Part shown: one piece after another, positions 26,655 to 34,650 of the stretch
How the letters are laid out: each line of letters starts with the position of its first letter
Position numbering within the stretch: the first letter of the stretch is position 1
NCBI GenBank assembly: GCA_051879255.1
Contig: JBJELR010000335.1
Span: 1-37,416, forward strand
Direction of reading: 5' to 3'
DNA from: Lachnospiraceae bacterium
GTDB lineage: Bacteria > Bacillota > Clostridia > Lachnospirales > Lachnospiraceae
DNA: 37,416 bases
The notes under the pieces: model-generated
Seen by the model: the letters and a program-made list of their open reading frames with translations, nothing else
Databases searched by the model: none
Told to the model about the DNA's origin: nothing
Made by a program: the position numbers and the translations under genes

Positions 26655-26754
26655 GCAGGGATTTTAGTACACTATTGGTATATATGCCTTGTGGCAGTAT
26701 CAGTAGTGTATTTTCGTTTTAAGAACCATAAAATTGATGAAGAAAGGGCAGCAG

Positions 26755-27798
26755 ATGATTGGAACCAAGCTATTAAAGGGACAGGGGCTGGGAAATGCTC
26801 TGTTCTGCTATGTTACCACCAGATGTCTTGCAAAACGGCAGGAAACGGAGTTTGCCATTCTGGGGAAAGAGGTCCTGGAAGGCATTGCCGGAAAAAATAA
26901 TGGGCTGTATTTTATGAATCTGGATTTTGGGCTGCCGGCAAAAGAAGAAGAATTCCCCCGGGTCTATCATGAGCGGGAGGACAGGCTTTTTTTAGGAAAC
27001 TCCCGTCACGACTGCCGTATAGGCTGCTACGTTACCGGAGCAGACCGGGAACTGTTTAAGGTGGAGGAAGGGACCTTAATCTATGGGAATATGCAGGCTG
27101 AGGAATACCTTTTGCCCTATCGGGAGGAAATAAAGCAGTGGCTTCAGGTAAAGCCGGAATATGAAAGTGATGAATTTACCCGGGATAACCTATGTGTGAT
27201 TAATCTTCGGGGAGGGGAATACCAGGGAAGCCCGGAGCTGTTTCTTGGCCGCAGGTACTGGTTAAAGGGTATGGCCCATATGCGCTTACTGCGGCCGGAC
27301 ATGGAGTTTATGGTGGTAACGGACGATGTGGAGGCAGCAAGAAGGGTGCTGCCGGAGGTACCGGCCTTTCATTTTACTTTGGATAAGGATTATGTAACCA
27401 TAAAAAATGCCCGTTATCTGCTTTTGTCCAATTCCTCCTTTGCTTTTTTTCCTGCACTGACCAGTGAAACGGTGAAGGAAATCATTGCTCCCAAATATTG
27501 GGCCAGACATAATGTGTCCAATGGCTACTGGGCGTCGGAGCAAAACATCTATTCCGGCTGGAAATACATGGACAGACGGGGAAAATTGTATACTGCCGAG
27601 GAATGCCGCCAGGAATTGGAAAAATATAAAAAGAAAAGCTTAAGATACAAAAGAGTGAACCAAAAGCCACAAGGCCTTGTGATGAAGCTGATGAGACTGG
27701 AAAGTGAACTGTTATATCGAGCTTCCCGGATAGTCCGGATGGCCGGCGGGGTAAAGCGGCGTATAAAAAGAATATTTACGCTTCGGAATGAGGATTAG
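26755..27798 (+). CDS. Divergent GT11-like (fucosyltransferase-superfamily) glycosyltransferase with a basic C-terminal tail
   Basis: ORF 26734..27798 (TTG at 26734). ATG 26755 has AAAGGG 6 nt upstream. The motifs are degenerate counterparts of GT11: KGQGLGNALFCY, INLRGGEY and LLSNSSFAFFPAL. Confidence 0.55.
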   Translation: MIGTKLLKGQGLGNALFCYVTTRCLAKRQETEFAILGKEVLEGIAGKNNGLYFMNLDFGLPAKEEEFPRVYHEREDRLFLGNSRHDCRIGCYVTGADRELFKVEEGTLIYGNMQAEEYLLPYREEIKQWLQVKPEYESDEFTRDNLCVINLRGGEYQGSPELFLGRRYWLKGMAHMRLLRPDMEFMVVTDDVEAARRVLPEVPAFHFTLDKDYVTIKNARYLLLSNSSFAFFPALTSETVKEIIAPKYWARHNVSNGYWASEQNIYSGWKYMDRRGKLYTAEECRQELEKYKKKSLRYKRVNQKPQGLVMKLMRLESELLYRASRIVRMAGGVKRRIKRIFTLRNED

Positions 27799-27799
27799 T

Positions 27800-27830
27800 G
27801 TGAAAATTAAAAATTTTCACTTATTTATTT
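27800..27830 (+). terminator. Candidate weak intrinsic terminator: an AT-rich hairpin followed by a T-rich tract
   Basis: GTGAAAATT-AAA-AATTTTCAC (27800-27820) is a perfect 9-bp stem. TTATTTATTT follows it. The element begins 2 nt after the stop at 27798. The stem has only 2 GC pairs, so termination may be partial. Confidence 0.3.
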
Positions 27831-27878
27831 GAGCAGTAGAACAGGCAAGGCCTGTTCTATGCAAGGGGATTAGTATGG
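27821..27878 (+). repeat. Copy 2 of the conserved 58-nt intergenic module
   Basis: It is 53/58 identical to 4904-4961. The palindrome TAGAACAGGC-AAG-GCCTGTTCTA lies at 27837-27859. GGGGA follows, then ATG at 27875. Confidence 0.9.
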
Positions 27879-28681
27879 AAAGAATTAACGGGCGGCTGCA
27901 GCTTCCCATGGTAACCTTGTGTGCCATGACCAGTGTGCTGGTGCCGGAAACCATTAAGGCCATGGAATACAGCATGAGGGAAATTGATTTTGGGGCAGCG
28001 GTGATTATCACCCATAAGAAACCGAAACGGCTTCCTCAGGAGATTACCTATAAGCATATTGATGAACTGACGGATATTGACTGTTTTAACTACAAAACGG
28101 TGTATGAAATGGGAGATTATATTGATACAGAGTTTGCCCTGCTGGTACACTATGACGGCTTTGTGGTGAATCCCGATATGTGGAGAGATGAATTTCTGGA
28201 CTATGATTATATTGGTTCTCCCTGGCCCCTGCCAAAGGAAGGGGACACCACCACCTACCGGGACATCTACGGAAATCTGTGCCGGGTGGGGAACAGCGTA
28301 TCCATCCGCAGTAAGCGGCTGATGGATTTTCCCAGGCAGGCAGAAATTCCCTGGACCCCTCAAAAGGGTTGGTTTAATGAGGATGGCTTTATCTGCTGTC
28401 GCAACAAGCATCTGTTTGAGGAGGCGGGAATGCGGTTTGCTCCTCTGGAGCTGGCCATCTATTTCGGCCATGAAAACATGATACCGGAGATTGAAGGTAA
28501 GGGAATTCGGCCCTTTGTTTTTCATAAATGGATGGGCACCAATGCTAAGTACCCCGACTTTCGTCCTAAAAAACCCTTAAAAAAGCTGTGGACAAAAACC
28601 AAGATTTTTTTGTGGAAGCTGCTGCATGGCAAAGAGGAGCAGACCGACACAGCAAAAAAGAGGGAAGACAAGCAGGAGTGA
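27875..28681 (+). CDS. Hypothetical protein, possibly DUF5672-like (a putative glycosyltransferase-like family)
   Basis: ORF 27875..28681. The block LLVHYDGFVVNPDMWRDEFLDYDYIGSPWP resembles what I recall of DUF5672 proteins. The C-terminal tail is lysine-rich. The family assignment is from memory only. Confidence 0.45.
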   Translation: MERINGRLQLPMVTLCAMTSVLVPETIKAMEYSMREIDFGAAVIITHKKPKRLPQEITYKHIDELTDIDCFNYKTVYEMGDYIDTEFALLVHYDGFVVNPDMWRDEFLDYDYIGSPWPLPKEGDTTTYRDIYGNLCRVGNSVSIRSKRLMDFPRQAEIPWTPQKGWFNEDGFICCRNKHLFEEAGMRFAPLELAIYFGHENMIPEIEGKGIRPFVFHKWMGTNAKYPDFRPKKPLKKLWTKTKIFLWKLLHGKEEQTDTAKKREDKQE

Positions 28682-28684
28682 AGA

Positions 28685-29638
28685 ATGATATACGATTGCT
28701 TTCAATTTTTTAATGAACTGGATATTTTGTATCTGCGAATGAAAATCATGGACTCCATTGTGGACAGATTTGTAGTCAGTGAGGCAACCACCACCTTTTC
28801 GGGCCTCCCCAAGCCTCTGTATTTTCAGGAAAATAGGGAGATGTTTGGGGAATTTGAGGATAAAATTATCCACGTAGTGGTAGAGGACACCCCTGCGGGA
28901 GATACCCATGAAAGGGACACCTTTCAGAAAAATGCCGTAGGCAGAGGGCTGGCAGAGGCAAAGGATGAGGATATTATTATTTTCAGTGATTTAGACGAAA
29001 TTCCCAACCCGGAAAAAATCAAGGAGATTTTACCCCATTTTCAGGAGGACAAGATTTATCATTTTGCGCAAAGGCTGTTTTACTGCTATCTGAATATGGA
29101 GGAAGTGTCCGGAGGCCTCCTGTCCTATGCGGGAGAATTTCCGGGAGTGGAAAAAAAGCAGTGGATTGGCAGTAAGATGTGCCGCTATAGGCTATTAAAG
29201 GAGCAGAACCTACAGTTGGGAGATTTGCGTTTCCCTCAGAGGAAGGAATGCGGAATCCGGGTGGCTGAGGGAGGCTGGCATTTTGGCTATATGGGAGGAA
29301 AAGGAGAGAGTGATATCCGCAAACGGGTACAGCAGAAGGTAATCTCCGCCGCCCATCAGGAATATAACAGCAATGAGGTACTAAATGATGTGGCAGACAG
29401 AATTAAGGACGGACAGGATATCTTTGGCAGACAGGCACAGTTTGTTCTGGGTACCATTGATGAAACCTACCCGGAATATATTCGTACCCATCAGAAGGAG
29501 CTGGCTCACTTGATTTTGCAGAAGGAATCGGAAGAAGAACGGATAAGACGCCACCGAAAGAGGAAGCTGCGCAAGGCTCTGGAAAAAGGAGTCAGAGGGG
29601 TGAAAAAGGTAGGAAGAATCGTTACCGGAAGAAAATAA
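28685..29638 (+). CDS. GT17-family glycosyltransferase (related to the beta-1,4-GlcNAc transferase GnT-III)
   Basis: ORF 28685..29638. The N-terminus MIYDCFQFFNELDILYLRM...VDRFVVSEATTTFSGLPKPLYF is characteristic of bacterial GT17 members. SDLDEIP is also present. The C-terminal tail is Arg/Lys-rich. Confidence 0.7.
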   Translation: MIYDCFQFFNELDILYLRMKIMDSIVDRFVVSEATTTFSGLPKPLYFQENREMFGEFEDKIIHVVVEDTPAGDTHERDTFQKNAVGRGLAEAKDEDIIIFSDLDEIPNPEKIKEILPHFQEDKIYHFAQRLFYCYLNMEEVSGGLLSYAGEFPGVEKKQWIGSKMCRYRLLKEQNLQLGDLRFPQRKECGIRVAEGGWHFGYMGGKGESDIRKRVQQKVISAAHQEYNSNEVLNDVADRIKDGQDIFGRQAQFVLGTIDETYPEYIRTHQKELAHLILQKESEEERIRRHRKRKLRKALEKGVRGVKKVGRIVTGRK

Positions 29639-29663
29639 CCAAAATCGTCACAAGGAGGCAGCT

Positions 29664-30578
29664 ATGGCTAAGGTATCCATATGTATACCCACCTATGAGA
29701 ATCCTGAAGAAGTAAAACGACTGCTGGATTCCATTGCGAGGCAGACCTTTAAGGATGTGGAAATTATTATTACCGATGATTCCCGGGATAGTCGGATAGA
29801 GAACGATGTAAAAGCACTGCAGGCTGTGGCTCATGGGATAGGGGCAAAAATCAGCTATACCCATAATGAAAAGCCGCTGGGTCATATTTTTAACTGGAAT
29901 GCTGCAATTTCCAAAGCCAGGGGTGAGTACGTGAAAATCATGTTCAGCGATGACTGGTTTACCTACCCTCACAGTCTTGAAAAGCTGGTGGATTTGCTGG
30001 AGGAAAATCCCCGGGCCTCACTTGCGTTTTGCGGCAGTCTGCAGGTATCTGATAAGGAGTCCTATGCCAGAAGGCCAACGGAAGAATATATAGCTGAGTT
30101 ACGGAAGGATTACCGCTATTTGTTTATCAGTAATCAGATTGGTGCACCCAGCGATACCCTCTATCGGAATACCCAGGGAATTGGCTTTGATGAAAGGAGT
30201 AACTGGGCATCGGATGTTTTTCTCTATATGGAAATACTGAAAAACAATCCTGTGTTTGTCTACACCGATGAGCCTCTGATTTCCATTGGAATCCACGAGA
30301 ATCAGTATACGGAAAGCTTCCATGCCACAGACCAGCGAATCTACAAGGACTATCAATACCTTTTTGAAAAATATAAGCTAAACGAAAGCGACCAGTGCAG
30401 GGAACATTTTTTAAAGCGGTATCTGATTCCCTTCTCCAAAGGACCAAAGGAAGCGAAAGAAAACGGGTATAGCCACAAAGAATACCTGAGAGCACTTTTG
30501 GCTTATTATGCAAAAGAGGTGCTTCCCTGCTATAAAAAGGCGATTCTTAAGAAAATAAAAGGAAAATCAGGCTGCTAA
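29664..30578 (+). CDS. GT2 glycosyltransferase
   Basis: ORF 29664..30578, with AGGAGG 5 nt upstream. Motifs are VSICIPTYEN, IIITDDS and MFSDDW. Confidence 0.75.
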   Translation: MAKVSICIPTYENPEEVKRLLDSIARQTFKDVEIIITDDSRDSRIENDVKALQAVAHGIGAKISYTHNEKPLGHIFNWNAAISKARGEYVKIMFSDDWFTYPHSLEKLVDLLEENPRASLAFCGSLQVSDKESYARRPTEEYIAELRKDYRYLFISNQIGAPSDTLYRNTQGIGFDERSNWASDVFLYMEILKNNPVFVYTDEPLISIGIHENQYTESFHATDQRIYKDYQYLFEKYKLNESDQCREHFLKRYLIPFSKGPKEAKENGYSHKEYLRALLAYYAKEVLPCYKKAILKKIKGKSGC

Positions 30579-30607
30579 GGAGCAGAAGGAAAAGGAAAAA
30601 GAGAAGA

Positions 30608-32356
30608 ATGAGAGACACGTTAGTAAAGCTGTTTAGTATTTTAAGCAAACGGCAAAAAAAGAATGTGGCAGGCATCGGCGTGATGATTCTGATTGGCGCC
30701 ATGTTGGAGACCCTGGGTGTTTCCATGATTGTGCCTCTGGCCCAGGCGATTATGGATGCCCAGGCTCTGGAAGGAAATCCGTATGTGATTCTGGTGATGG
30801 ACTGGCTGCAGCTTAAGGAAATGAGGCAGTTCGTTATTTTGCTGCTGTTTTTGGTGGTTGCCGTTTTTGTTTTAAAGAATGCCTATCTTCTGGTGATGAA
30901 TTATGTGCAGGCCAAATTTGTAAACAATAACCAGTTTCTGACGGTAAATTATATGCTGGAGGAATATCTGAACCGCCCCTATGAGTTTTACCTTAATGCA
31001 GATATTCCTACGGTTTTCCGTACTGTGGACAGCGATGTACCGAAGGTCTTTACGGTGCTGATGGAATTTATTTCTCTGATGACGGAAATCGTAGTAGCTA
31101 TCTTCCTTTGCGCGGTACTTCTGGTAGTAGACCCGGTGATGACCATTGTTATTGCGGGTATCCTGCTTTTTATGACGGTGTTGATTGTAAAGGTGGTAAA
31201 ACCCAAGCTGAATGCTCTTGGACAGGAAAACCAGGCTATACAGGCAAGAATGGGAAAATGGAGAAATCAGTCGATTTTTGGGATTAAGGATGTGAAGGTG
31301 CTCCATAAGGAGCAGTACTTTGTGGATAATTTTTCTGTATATTCTAAAAAAGGAGCAGATTTAAACAGTAAATATGTGGTATTCAATAATGCCCCCAGAC
31401 TGTTAATTGAAACGATCTGTATCTGCGGTCTGCTTTCCTATATGGCAATCAGTATTATTCTGGGAAAAGAGGTGAATGAACTGGCTACGCAGATTATGGC
31501 CTTTGCTGTTGCAGCCATCCGGCTTATGCCCAGTGTGAACCGAATTAACACCCACCTGACCAACATCGCCTTTTTCGCTCCCAGTGTAGACTATATCTAT
31601 GAAAATGTGGATTTCAGAGACTATAAGGAAGAAAGAAAATTTGGCAGTACCAGAATAGAGGCCGGAGAGCCCATTGAGGTAAAGGATAGTATTCGTCTGA
31701 ATCAGATTACCTACGCTTATCCCAATACTACAAAATTGATTTTGGATCAGGCAGATATGAATATCCCTATTGGCAGCTCTGTAGGAATCATCGGGCCCTC
31801 CGGTGCGGGTAAGACTACGGCAGTGGACATTCTGCTGGGACTGCTGGACAGTCAGGGAGGGAGTATTACCTGTGGAGGAAAAAATGTGATGGACAACTAT
31901 GCCGACTGGCTGAGCCATATCGGCTATATTCCCCAGGTAATTTATCTCACCGATGATCCTATTCGGGATAATATTGCTTTTGGAGTGAATCGGGATGAAA
32001 TTGACGATGAACGAATCTGGAAGGTGCTGGAGGAGGCACAGATGAAGGAATTTGTGGAGCAGCTTCCCCAAGGTCTGGACACTTCGGTAGGAGAGCGGGG
32101 AGTGCGGATTTCCGGGGGACAAAGGCAGCGTATCGGTATTGCCAGAGCCCTGTATCATAACCCGGAAATTCTGGTCTTTGATGAGGCTACCTCTGCTCTG
32201 GATACGGAAACGGAAACCGCCATTATGGAGGCTATCGATAAATTTCATGGCAGAAAAACCCTGATTATTATTGCACATCGTTTAAGAACTATCGAAAACT
32301 GTGATTTGGTTTATCGGGTAGAAAAGGGAAAGATTACCAGAACTACATTGGAGTAG
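30608..32356 (+). CDS. Fused TMD-NBD ABC exporter half-transporter (MsbA/PglK/Wzk-like). Candidate flippase for lipid-linked glycan.
   Basis: ORF 30608..32356. The N-terminal half has about 6 TM segments. The NBD shows Walker A GPSGAGKTT, the signature ISGGQRQRIGIARAL, Walker B ILVFDEATSALD and the H-loop IIIAHRL. Confidence 0.85.
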   Translation: MRDTLVKLFSILSKRQKKNVAGIGVMILIGAMLETLGVSMIVPLAQAIMDAQALEGNPYVILVMDWLQLKEMRQFVILLLFLVVAVFVLKNAYLLVMNYVQAKFVNNNQFLTVNYMLEEYLNRPYEFYLNADIPTVFRTVDSDVPKVFTVLMEFISLMTEIVVAIFLCAVLLVVDPVMTIVIAGILLFMTVLIVKVVKPKLNALGQENQAIQARMGKWRNQSIFGIKDVKVLHKEQYFVDNFSVYSKKGADLNSKYVVFNNAPRLLIETICICGLLSYMAISIILGKEVNELATQIMAFAVAAIRLMPSVNRINTHLTNIAFFAPSVDYIYENVDFRDYKEERKFGSTRIEAGEPIEVKDSIRLNQITYAYPNTTKLILDQADMNIPIGSSVGIIGPSGAGKTTAVDILLGLLDSQGGSITCGGKNVMDNYADWLSHIGYIPQVIYLTDDPIRDNIAFGVNRDEIDDERIWKVLEEAQMKEFVEQLPQGLDTSVGERGVRISGGQRQRIGIARALYHNPEILVFDEATSALDTETETAIMEAIDKFHGRKTLIIIAHRLRTIENCDLVYRVEKGKITRTTLE

Positions 32357-32375
32357 AGGAGAACGGAGGTAAAAG

Positions 32376-33605
32376 GTGAAGGAAGCAGTCCTGAATACTT
32401 ACTACAACCGCATATGGCAGGCCAGGGAAAGTAAGCTATGGCTTGGCCGGATATCGCAGATATCCTTTTATCTGGGGTTATTTATTGAATTAACCATTGT
32501 GATTCTGGATAAAAGTGCCTATATTATCCAGTATGAGGGGCAGTGGTTTCGGCTTACCTTCCTTCTTTTTGGAATCAGCCTGATTACGACACAGCACAGC
32601 CTTAGGGAATGGATATGGCTGTTTATCTTTGGCCTGCTGGGTGTGGTTTCTTATTATGCTACCGAGAGAAATGAAATTCTAAGGTTTGTGGTGTTCATCT
32701 GGGCCTGTGTGGGTAAGGACATGAAACGGGTTTTGAAGGTAACCTTCTGGTACACCGTTTTGGGCTGTGGGATTCTCATCTTGTTGTCTGTACTGGGCAT
32801 CTATGGAACCCTGGCTCAGACAGCGGTATATCGAACCGAAATGGCCTTTACCCTGGGAGAGGCAGAAACACGTTACTGTTTTGGCATGGGCCATCCTAAT
32901 GCCTTTCATTGTATGATGTTGGCCATAACCTGGCTGGGAGCCTATTGCTACCGGGAAAAAATAAAATGGTATGGGTATCTTTTGCTGGGGATAGCCCACG
33001 TCTTTCTTTATTTTTTTACCGGTTCCAGAACAAGTCTGATCATGGCGGTATGCTCTCTGCTTTTGATTGTTCTATTGAAATACATTAAGCCCTTACAAAA
33101 AAGTAAGTGGGTGTATGCGGCAGGAATTGCAGCAGTAGTCGGTGCGGTATTGTTCTCGGTTTTTATGGCAAAATACAGTGTACATCATCCACTGCTGGCT
33201 AAGCTGGACGGATTTGTATCCCAGAGAATTCTAAATCTATATTACGATACCAACAATCATGAGGGAATGCTGAGTACCTGGTCGCTGTGGTCGGTACCGG
33301 AAAACAGATACTTCTTCGACCTGGGGATTGTCCGTATATTCTATTGGTTTGGCATTATTCCCGGAGCCATCTGGTTTCTGGCACAGTGCAGGCTGCTTTG
33401 GTGCGGCTATGGAAAAAAAGACTATATGCTTTTGGCCATCGTAGTTTCCATCACCCTGTATTCCCTTTTTGAGGCTCATTATGTTTCCGACTATCTGGGG
33501 CGAAACTATATTTTTTTCTTTATGGGGATGTATCTGAAGGAAATGCTGGGCTCGGCCAGAGAAAAGGAGGGTGGAGAAATCGATGAGCATTCAGCCATTA
33601 GTTAG
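32376..33605 (+). CDS. Polytopic membrane protein, candidate Wzy-type O-antigen/repeat-unit polymerase (O-antigen ligase-like family)
   Basis: ORF 32376..33605. It uses a GTG start with GGAGG 6 nt upstream. It has about 10-12 TM segments and a loop block RYCFGMGHPNAFH that resembles Wzy_C-type histidine motifs. Confidence 0.55.
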   Translation: MKEAVLNTYYNRIWQARESKLWLGRISQISFYLGLFIELTIVILDKSAYIIQYEGQWFRLTFLLFGISLITTQHSLREWIWLFIFGLLGVVSYYATERNEILRFVVFIWACVGKDMKRVLKVTFWYTVLGCGILILLSVLGIYGTLAQTAVYRTEMAFTLGEAETRYCFGMGHPNAFHCMMLAITWLGAYCYREKIKWYGYLLLGIAHVFLYFFTGSRTSLIMAVCSLLLIVLLKYIKPLQKSKWVYAAGIAAVVGAVLFSVFMAKYSVHHPLLAKLDGFVSQRILNLYYDTNNHEGMLSTWSLWSVPENRYFFDLGIVRIFYWFGIIPGAIWFLAQCRLLWCGYGKKDYMLLAIVVSITLYSLFEAHYVSDYLGRNYIFFFMGMYLKEMLGSAREKEGGEIDEHSAIS

Positions 33606-34620
33606 CGTAATTATTCCGGTCTATCAGGTGGAGCAATACTTGGGGAAATGTGTAACCAGCATTCTTCACCAGACCTATACTCGATTGGAGATTCTTTTGA
33701 TTGATGATGGCTCTTTTGATAACAGCGGAAAACTGTGTGATGAATATGCTGCCCGGGATCAACGGGTCAAGGTTCTTCACCGGGAAAACGGCGGTTTAAT
33801 GTCGGCCTGGATGGCGGGAGTGAAAATGGCCCGGGGAGAATATCTTACCTTCGTTGACAGTGATGACTGGGTGGAAGAAACCATGGTGGAAAAGCTGGCA
33901 GAGAAGCTGACAGGAAAGCCGGGTGAGATGGTCTGCAGTAATTATCTGATTGAAAAAAAGAACAGCTCCATTCCGGTCATCCAGTCCATGAAGCCCGGGG
34001 TATATGAACGTGAGGATATAGAAAAAGAGCTTTTTCCCTATCTTTTGGGACAGGAGAGAAGAAGAATCCACTGTTCCCGCGGCATGAAGCTGATTTCCAA
34101 AGAATTGATTCTGGAGAATATGAAGTATTGCAACACACAGCTTGGCATGGGGGAGGATATGAACATTACTCTGCCGGCCATTTTAGATGCCCGGCGAATC
34201 GTAATTGTAGAAGAAGGACTGTATTATCATTACCGTTTTGTAGAGGCTTCCATGAGCCATCGATATAACCCGGGGCTGTATGCCAATAACCGGCAGCTTA
34301 AGCAAACACTGGAGAAGATTCTGGAGGATAAGTCGACAAATAAGAAAGAAGAAAGGGAATGGAAGGCCAGGCTGAACCGGGAATACCTTTTTTTGTTTTT
34401 TTATGTGATGAAGAACGAGTTGCGGGCGCCGAAAAGAGAAATCTCCATGGAATTGGTGCAAAAATGCAGGGAAGTCAGAAACGAGTTGGGAGAAGAAAAG
34501 GTTCTGGTTCAAAGCAAGGCAAACAGGCTGCTATACTTTATTTATCGCCATCCCACTAAAGCAGCAATTGGATTTGGACGTTTGGTGATGAAAATTTTTG
34601 ATCAAGGAACAGAACACTAA
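33583..34620 (+). CDS. GT2 glycosyltransferase (EpsJ/EpsH-like)
   Basis: ORF 33571..34620 (GTG at 33571). ATG 33583 has GGAG 6 nt upstream. Motifs are VSVIIPVYQ, LLIDDGSFDNS and FVDSDDW. It overlaps the upstream gene's 3' end. Confidence 0.8.
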   Translation: MSIQPLVSVIIPVYQVEQYLGKCVTSILHQTYTRLEILLIDDGSFDNSGKLCDEYAARDQRVKVLHRENGGLMSAWMAGVKMARGEYLTFVDSDDWVEETMVEKLAEKLTGKPGEMVCSNYLIEKKNSSIPVIQSMKPGVYEREDIEKELFPYLLGQERRRIHCSRGMKLISKELILENMKYCNTQLGMGEDMNITLPAILDARRIVIVEEGLYYHYRFVEASMSHRYNPGLYANNRQLKQTLEKILEDKSTNKKEEREWKARLNREYLFLFFYVMKNELRAPKREISMELVQKCREVRNELGEEKVLVQSKANRLLYFIYRHPTKAAIGFGRLVMKIFDQGTEH

Positions 34621-34650
34621 AGGTAAATGGGGATAGAAGGAGAGAGGCTG

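Noticed and set aside
27857-28525. A 222-aa minus-strand ORF antisense to the DUF5672-like gene
   Set aside because: The + strand ORF has a conserved RBS and ATG inside the repeat module and a plausible conserved block. The antisense product has no recognisable features.
31403-32278. A 291-aa ORF on the minus strand, antisense to the ABC transporter gene
   Set aside because: It lies entirely inside the well-supported NBD coding region, which has Walker A and B and the signature motif on the + strand. Its translation has no recognisable motif and is compositionally odd (Gly/Ser/Asn/His-rich). Long antisense ORFs are a common artefact opposite conserved genes.
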